From the NCBI GenBank assembly GCA_037926125.1, contig JAXSOP010000001.1, positions 1-47,210 of the forward strand: a stretch of 47,210 bases of DNA, in the 5' to 3' direction. The notes beneath the pieces were generated by a model. It ran no database searches. It was given only the letters and a program-made list of their open reading frames with translations, and was not told the origin of the DNA. This DNA is from Aquificaceae bacterium (GTDB lineage Bacteria > Aquificota > Aquificia > Aquificales > Aquificaceae). The position numbers and the translations under genes were made by a program. Below are positions 42,104 through 47,210 of the stretch, in pieces (position 1 is the first letter of the stretch; each line of letters begins with the position of its first letter).

Positions 42104-42675
42104 GGGTCTCCTCTCATGTTGTAGCCCCTCTGCTCCCAAAAGCCGGGAGCATCTTCCTTTAGAATCTCTATACCCCATACATACTTGGCACTTTTCCATG
42201 CGTATAGCTTTGGGACTACAAGCCTAAGAGGGTAGCCATGTCTTAGTGGTATGGGTTTTCCATACATCTTGTATGCAAGTATACTGTCTTCCTCATAGAG
42301 GTATTCAATGGGCAAATTGGTGGTGTATCCTTCAAGACAATGAACCATAACATATTTAGCCTCAGGATTTGGTTTTGCAAGGCTCAGTATATGTAAGGTC
42401 TGCACACCTTCCCATTTTATTTCCTTTACACTCCAGCGAGTCACACAGTGAAAGTCCGCTATAAGCTCCACAGGGGGCATCTTAAGTATTTCCTCATAAC
42501 TAAACTCCAAGGGATTTTCCACAAGCCCAAAGACCCTAAAGCGATACTGCTCCATGTCCCATCGAGGAATTTCATCCACTATATCGTAGACTATGGGTGC
42601 GGATATCCACCTTTGACCGGGTGGCAGTCTGTCTTCTCTTAGGTTTATGTCGCTTATGAGGGTTTTTATCTCCAT
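42079..42675 (-). CDS. Sulfite-oxidase-like molybdopterin oxidoreductase
   Basis: RLPPGQ, DFHCVTRWS, HGYPLRL, YAWKSAK, GFWE..GY. Confidence 0.9.
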   Translation of the reverse strand: MEIKTLISDINLREDRLPPGQRWISAPIVYDIVDEIPRWDMEQYRFRVFGLVENPLEFSYEEILKMPPVELIADFHCVTRWSVKEIKWEGVQTLHILSLAKPNPEAKYVMVHCLEGYTTNLPIEYLYEEDSILAYKMYGKPIPLRHGYPLRLVVPKLYAWKSAKYVWGIEILKEDAPGFWEQRGYNMRGDPWKEERYW

Positions 42676-42730
42676 GCTTCTCTATTATAGGCTGTTTGCA
42701 ATTTTGAACACTGCTTTCTGTCAGCCTTAC

Positions 42731-42759
42731 TTGACAGACGATAAGTAATTGTTTACTAT
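42731..42759 (+). promoter_or_regulatory. Sigma70 promoter, probably leaderless
   Basis: TTGACA-17 nt-TACTAT ending 7 nt before ATG 42767; no SD. Confidence 0.7.
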
Positions 42760-42766
42760 ATAATGC

Positions 42767-43903
42767 ATGTTCTATGTATCAAAGGTGAGCATACCCTTTT
42801 TCTTTCTTGCGGTGTTGGACCTTTTATATTCCTTAGTGGTCAAGAACCTTCAACTTGAGCCTAAAGCTGTATGGATAACTGCTGTCTTTGGTTTTATAGC
42901 CCATACAATAATGTCTGCCATTTATCAGATAGTCCCAAACTCTCAGGGTAAACCCCTTAGGTTTGCGTGGCTTTCTTATGCGGTTTTTCTTCTTAGCATA
43001 TTTGCTTCTTTCCTGTTTTATAGTTTTCAATGGCTCTATGGCAGTTTTGTGTATGCTATTACCTCACTGCTGTTTGTGGTGAACATACTTTTGTCCATTA
43101 GGAACTGGCAGGCTATAACCGTCAAGTTTATAGGTCTTGGTACCCTTTATTTTCTACTTGCAAGCTTTTTTCTCCTTCTCTCAGAACTTGGTTTTGTTCC
43201 ATTTGCTCTTGCTGTGCATACACTTACCTTGGGTTTTATGCTTAATGTGGTCATTGGCGTGGAGCTTGCATGGATACCCATGCTATACATGGAGCCTCTA
43301 AACATAGTCCTTAGCAGAAGACTTTTCTATCTTAGCCTCTTTTACCTTCCTCCCTTTCTCCTTAGCTTTTACCTGCCTGATTACAGGCTTGTCTCCCTTG
43401 CAAGCCTTCTAGTGCTTGCCTTTTCAGGATACTTTTTATATATCCTCTATTCGGTGTTTTCAAAAAGACGCATGCCAAAGGAGATACCCCTAGTAGTAAG
43501 GTATTTCATACTTGCTTTAGTTACGCTTCCTTTCGGTCTTTTGCTTGGTTCAGTCATGGCTGGAGAAGGCCTTGTTTCCTATTTGATATCACTACACTTT
43601 GACATACTTGTCTATGGCTTTACTGGTATAACCATAATGGGAGGGCTCAGCCATCTTTATCCAAGAATTATCTACAACTGGAAGTTCTCAGGAGTGCAGG
43701 GTGTTTCCATTTTGGACTTGCTTTCAGAAGGTGCTCTCAAAAGGATATTTGTCTTACTTCCCTTTAGCCTTGTTTGGATGACCTTTGCGGATGCTTTTGG
43801 CGGAGTCCTTGCCTACATATCAAGTATGCCTTATATGGTTATCTGGTTTTATTTCACTTGGGCTGTGCTTTGGAGAGGGTTGATATATAAACCTACCAGC
43901 TAA
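42767..43903 (+). CDS. Polytopic membrane protein (NnrS/heme-copper oxidase subunit I-like repeat fold)
   Basis: About 12 TM in three repeats with (H)xxxxGF...G...xxP motifs (GFIAH..YQIVP; HTLTLGF..WIPM; HFDILVYGF..HLYP). Confidence 0.55.
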   Translation: MFYVSKVSIPFFFLAVLDLLYSLVVKNLQLEPKAVWITAVFGFIAHTIMSAIYQIVPNSQGKPLRFAWLSYAVFLLSIFASFLFYSFQWLYGSFVYAITSLLFVVNILLSIRNWQAITVKFIGLGTLYFLLASFFLLLSELGFVPFALAVHTLTLGFMLNVVIGVELAWIPMLYMEPLNIVLSRRLFYLSLFYLPPFLLSFYLPDYRLVSLASLLVLAFSGYFLYILYSVFSKRRMPKEIPLVVRYFILALVTLPFGLLLGSVMAGEGLVSYLISLHFDILVYGFTGITIMGGLSHLYPRIIYNWKFSGVQGVSILDLLSEGALKRIFVLLPFSLVWMTFADAFGGVLAYISSMPYMVIWFYFTWAVLWRGLIYKPTS

Positions 43904-44609
43904 AGTCCTTGCCTAAGTATACTTCTCTAACATCTTCCCTTTCGCTCACATCGTGGGGTTCACCCTCAGCCAATATTTTGCCATCGCTTATTATGTAAAC
44001 CCTATCCACCATCCTTATTGTTTCCCTCACATTGTGGTCTGTTATAAGTACTCCTATGTCTTGACGCTTAAGGCTAAGTATGATTGACCTTATATCTGAA
44101 ATCATGATGGGGTCAATACCTGTAAAAGGCTCATCAAAGAAGATGTATTTAGGTTTTGGTATAAGAGACCTGGCTACCTCAAGCCTTCTCTTTTGACCTC
44201 CAGAGAGCCTGCCTGCCTTTTGGTCTCTTAGTTCCCACAGTCCAAAGTCTACTAGAAGCTCTTCTGCCCTTGCAAGCTGTGACTCTTTTCCTTCTTCAAA
44301 AAATTCAAGGAATATGAGAAGGTTCTCAAGGACTGTGAGTTCTTCAAAAAGGGTGTGCTCTTGAGGTAGGAACGTAATACCTCTCCTTGCCCTTTTATGG
44401 GCTGGCATGTGGGTTATATCTTCACCGTCAAGCTCTATCTTTCCACCATCAACAGCTAAAAACCCTACAAGACAGTTGAACAGGGTTGTCTTACCTGCAC
44501 CGTTTGGACCAAGAAGCCCTACTATCTCACTTCTTCTAAGCTCAAGGTCTATACCCTTTAAAATTTCCCTATTTTTAAAATTCTTTTTTATTTCTCTTGC
44601 GGTTAACAC
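43893..44609 (-). CDS. lptB: LPS export ABC transporter ATP-binding protein
   Basis: GPNGAGKTT, LSGGQKRRLE, DEPFTGIDP, TDHNVRET, VYLG..F. Confidence 0.95.
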   Translation of the reverse strand: MLTAREIKKNFKNREILKGIDLELRRSEIVGLLGPNGAGKTTLFNCLVGFLAVDGGKIELDGEDITHMPAHKRARRGITFLPQEHTLFEELTVLENLLIFLEFFEEGKESQLARAEELLVDFGLWELRDQKAGRLSGGQKRRLEVARSLIPKPKYIFFDEPFTGIDPIMISDIRSIILSLKRQDIGVLITDHNVRETIRMVDRVYIISDGKILAEGEPHDVSEREDVREVYLGKDFSW

Positions 44610-44632
44610 ACTAAAGATTTTAAACTATTGGC

Positions 44633-45286
44633 ATGATACCCATAAGGGATTTAAATCCACACAGAAGCTTTCCTGTGGTAAACCTCAGCATAGTAATAAT
44701 CTGCTCTCTTGTGTGGTTTTACGAGGTAAGCCTTTCTGATGAAGGTCTAAACCTCTTCATGTACCACTACGGACTTGTGCCAGTTAACCTTTTTGAAAGA
44801 CCTCAGACGGTCCTGACTCACATGTTTCTACATGGTAGTTGGCTTCACATAATAGGCAATATGTGGTTTTTGTGGGTCTTTGGAGATAATGTAGAGGATA
44901 GGTTAGGGAGGCTTAGGTATCTCGTCTTTTACATTCTGTCAGGTCTTGGTGCGGCAACAATTCAGATGCTTGTTAGCTTTGTTTTTGGCGGAGCCAATAT
45001 CCCAATGGTGGGAGCCAGCGGTGCCATAAGCGGTGTGCTTGGTGCATACCTGTGGATGTTCCCACATGCGAGAATCCTTGCCTTGGTTCCCATTTTCTTT
45101 TTCCTCACCTTTATGGAGCTTCCTGCGGTCTTCTTCATAGGTTTATGGATACTTATACAGGTTATAAATGGGCTTATAACCCTTCCACTCTCTGGTGTTG
45201 GTGGAGTCGCTTGGTTTGCTCACATAGGTGGGTTCGTGGTCGGGTATTTACTCGCAAAAAGACTATATAGGAGAAGATGGTATTAG
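44633..45286 (+). CDS. Rhomboid family intramembrane serine protease
   Basis: HMFLHG..HI.GNM, GASG, AHIGG. Confidence 0.95.
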   Translation: MIPIRDLNPHRSFPVVNLSIVIICSLVWFYEVSLSDEGLNLFMYHYGLVPVNLFERPQTVLTHMFLHGSWLHIIGNMWFLWVFGDNVEDRLGRLRYLVFYILSGLGAATIQMLVSFVFGGANIPMVGASGAISGVLGAYLWMFPHARILALVPIFFFLTFMELPAVFFIGLWILIQVINGLITLPLSGVGGVAWFAHIGGFVVGYLLAKRLYRRRWY

Positions 45287-45323
45287 TGTCGGGGTGATGC
45301 CCCGAAGGGCATCCACCCTAATA
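45281..45323. terminator. GC-rich hairpin between convergent genes
   Basis: GGGTGATGCCC-CGAA-GGGCAT(C)CACCC, flanked by TATTAG/CTAATA; no clear U-tract. Confidence 0.55.
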
Positions 45324-45324
45324 T

Positions 45325-46386
45325 CTATATTACCTGCACCTTGTACTTAGAATGTTCAAAAGTAAGCTTGTATTTGTCTATTGCCTTGCCTCCCACTTCC
45401 GCAACAGGATACATGAATTCGTTGAGTGGTTCTACGCTGGACATGGGAGGCTTCAGCTTAAAGTCCCTTGCATAGTTAAAGGCTACCCAGTGGACATCCC
45501 ACCCGCCGAACATAAACTCTATTATCTGTGCCACTTTGGGATGCTTTAGGTCAAGCTGTTCTTCAAGTATTAGCTTCCTTACGTCCGCAGGGTCTGCAGG
45601 TATCCATCTGCCCAGATAAAATTCTGCCCTGCAATGCTGTGCTTTTGTGGCATCACCTTGAACAGAGGATATTCCCTTTGAAAGCTCAGAAGGCAACACC
45701 CTTATCCCAAATATTTCCCTTGCAGGTATACCAGATGCTCTACATAGTGCGACAAACAGAGAGTTTATATCTGTGCACTTTCCGCCAAAATATCCGCTTT
45801 CCAGCATACTCTTCACGTCACCGACACCACAACCCAGAACTTTTGGGTCTCTAAAGGTGTTTTCTACAACCCAGTTATATATCGCCCTTGCTTTTTCTAA
45901 ATCCGTCTTTGTTCCCTTTGTTATTTTATCTGCGTATTCTTTAACTATACCATCTGTCTGTATATGTTCTGTTGGCTTGAGATAAAGAGCCACATCCTCT
46001 GGTATTCTTCTATTATTAGCAGGTATAGTTTTCCAATCTATCTTATCTCTATTCCAAATTTCTACATGGAAGCTAACCTCTGCAAAGTTTCTTTCTGAAC
46101 CACCCTGAAATTCTAAATACAGAATAGGGGTCTTATAGATATTTTCCTCTGTCATAAGAATTCTGGAAGCATTACTCCTTACATCCACATCAACGAGCTT
46201 CTGATAGGAGGTGTTCATAGGGACTGGGACCCACAACCTTACAAGGTCTTTGTAGGGTAATTCCGTGTAGTAGGTCAACTTTAAAGCTTTTTTATTTTGT
46301 GATGTCTTGCTTAAAACAGTGCTGATGGGCGTAGCCATAAGCGTAATTCCACACACTGCTCCCTTAAGAAGCGTTCTTCTATCCAT
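45325..46386 (-). CDS. Tat-exported transglutaminase-like (cysteine protease fold) protein
   Basis: DRRTLLK Tat motif; triad GKCTD / HCRAEFY / PADP. Confidence 0.88.
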   Translation of the reverse strand: MDRRTLLKGAVCGITLMATPISTVLSKTSQNKKALKLTYYTELPYKDLVRLWVPVPMNTSYQKLVDVDVRSNASRILMTEENIYKTPILYLEFQGGSERNFAEVSFHVEIWNRDKIDWKTIPANNRRIPEDVALYLKPTEHIQTDGIVKEYADKITKGTKTDLEKARAIYNWVVENTFRDPKVLGCGVGDVKSMLESGYFGGKCTDINSLFVALCRASGIPAREIFGIRVLPSELSKGISSVQGDATKAQHCRAEFYLGRWIPADPADVRKLILEEQLDLKHPKVAQIIEFMFGGWDVHWVAFNYARDFKLKPPMSSVEPLNEFMYPVAEVGGKAIDKYKLTFEHSKYKVQVI

Positions 46387-46493
46387 GGTTAACCTCCTTT
46401 AGTTTTTGGTTTCATGGCTTACTAATATAGAGCAACTTCCAAGACATATCATTAGATTTTTTAAAACAATCATCAAAAACCCTTTGAAAAATT

Positions 46494-46508
46494 TGTAACT
46501 TTGTTACA
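46494..46508. promoter_or_regulatory. Palindromic site, candidate Crp/Fnr-family operator
   Basis: TGTAAC-TTT-GTTACA abutting CAGACA-17-CATAAT upstream of the cytochrome gene. Confidence 0.6.
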
Positions 46509-46564
46509 GACAACAGAAAAGATACATCTCATAATTTAAACAAAACCTTTAAGGAGGTGCTGTC

Positions 46565-47038
46565 ATGAAGAAACTTTTAGCTTTGGGAATCATTGCAGGT
46601 TTTAGCCTTGCCCTTGCAGAAGCCTTCAAGGTAGCTCCTGAGAAATACAGGAGCTGGAACCATGTAAAGAGTATGGTAATATTTGACCAGAAGCATCCCC
46701 TTTTTAACCCCTTCAGCGGTGTTCACCATGTTTATGTGAACGATAAGGGCTTGGAGACCATAAAGAAGGATGGAAAAAGGGTCTTTCCAGATGGAACGGT
46801 TATAGCCATAGTCTTTTACGAGCATGTGCTCGATAACGGTGCCTATGTAGAGGGTGCAAAGAGGATAGAAGCCTTTATGGTAAAAGATAGCAAGAAGTAC
46901 AAGGCTACCGACGGCTGGGGCTACTATGGCTACGATGGTAAGGGCAACAACTTGGTCAAGGACATGGCAAAGGACTGCCATGCTTGTCACGCTCAGGTAA
47001 AAGACAAGGACTTTGTCTTTTCTGTTTGGACTAAGTAA
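46565..47038 (+). CDS. Cytochrome P460 / c'-beta family protein
   Basis: Signal peptide, YRSW, HHVYVN, FPDGT, MVKD...TDGWGY, C-terminal CHACH, DFVFS. Confidence 0.88.
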   Translation: MKKLLALGIIAGFSLALAEAFKVAPEKYRSWNHVKSMVIFDQKHPLFNPFSGVHHVYVNDKGLETIKKDGKRVFPDGTVIAIVFYEHVLDNGAYVEGAKRIEAFMVKDSKKYKATDGWGYYGYDGKGNNLVKDMAKDCHACHAQVKDKDFVFSVWTK

Positions 47039-47041
47039 AGC

Positions 47042-47210
47042 TCAGGGGCGGGTTATTCCTGCCCGCCTTTTCAGAGCATCATAGTCCTTAATAAATATCC
47101 TTCCTCTGCAGACCTCTATAAGTCCATCCCTTTCAATGTCCTTTAGAACCCTACTTACCACTACCCTAACGCTTCCCACATCTTTGGCAATATCTTCATG
47201 GGTCTTTTCA
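47042..47210 (-). CDS. Crp/Fnr family transcriptional regulator, 3' end only (not in ORF track)
   Basis: Manual translation EKTHEDIAKDVGSVRVVVSRVLKDIERDGLIEVCRGRIFIKDYDALKRRAGITRP*, a Crp-type winged HTH. Confidence 0.85.
   Translation of the reverse strand, partial: EKTHEDIAKDVGSVRVVVSRVLKDIERDGLIEVCRGRIFIKDYDALKRRAGITRP
47047..47071 (+). terminator. Rho-independent terminator of the cytochrome gene
   Basis: GGCGGG-TTATTCCTG-CCCGCC followed by TTTT. Confidence 0.65.

Noticed and set aside
42079-42675. Selenocysteine or readthrough in the Mo enzyme or other redox genes
   Set aside because: Catalytic positions are ordinary Cys codons and no in-frame TGA splits a recognisable domain

Overview
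A 47-kb, very gene-dense bacterial chromosomal segment. The proteins (SQR, PetABC, NuoEF, r-proteins) most resemble Aquificaceae (Hydrogenobacter/Thermocrinis/Aquifex-like); this is an inference from recalled protein similarity. It is mostly core genome: a 5'-truncated diguanylate cyclase, mutS2, sqr divergent from petABC, an mltD-mobA-copZ-kinase-endonuclease III cluster, rlmN-lepB, a contiguous spc-alpha ribosomal superoperon (rplN..rplQ, including an rpmJ missed by the ORF track) detached from the S10 cluster, an ArsA/Get3-like ATPase, skp-lpxD-mqnD-nuoE-nuoF-udg, tRNA-Leu(TAG)-tig-clpP-clpX, glcF-like/galE/DUF59/V4R/yjbQ/rseP, tal, an rluB-like gene, a sulfite-oxidase-like gene, lptB, a rhomboid, a Tat transglutaminase-like gene, a cytochrome P460/c'-beta family gene and the 3' end of a Crp/Fnr regulator. 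I saw no mobile element, prophage or CRISPR array. The most interesting unexplained signals are: (i) degenerate 'pseudo-enzyme' genes at the tail of the alpha operon (stand-alone GlmM domain-I remnant, small helical protein, and a pseudo-receiver/PATAN/ligand-less ODP di-iron fusion); (ii) a Crp/Fnr gene with a Lys-less P460-fold cytochrome and a palindrome at about -41; (iii) an 11-bp-phased triple half-site operator over the sqr promoter; (iv) a doubly lesioned hemerythrin behind clpX; (v) several apparently leaderless or bidirectional promoters.
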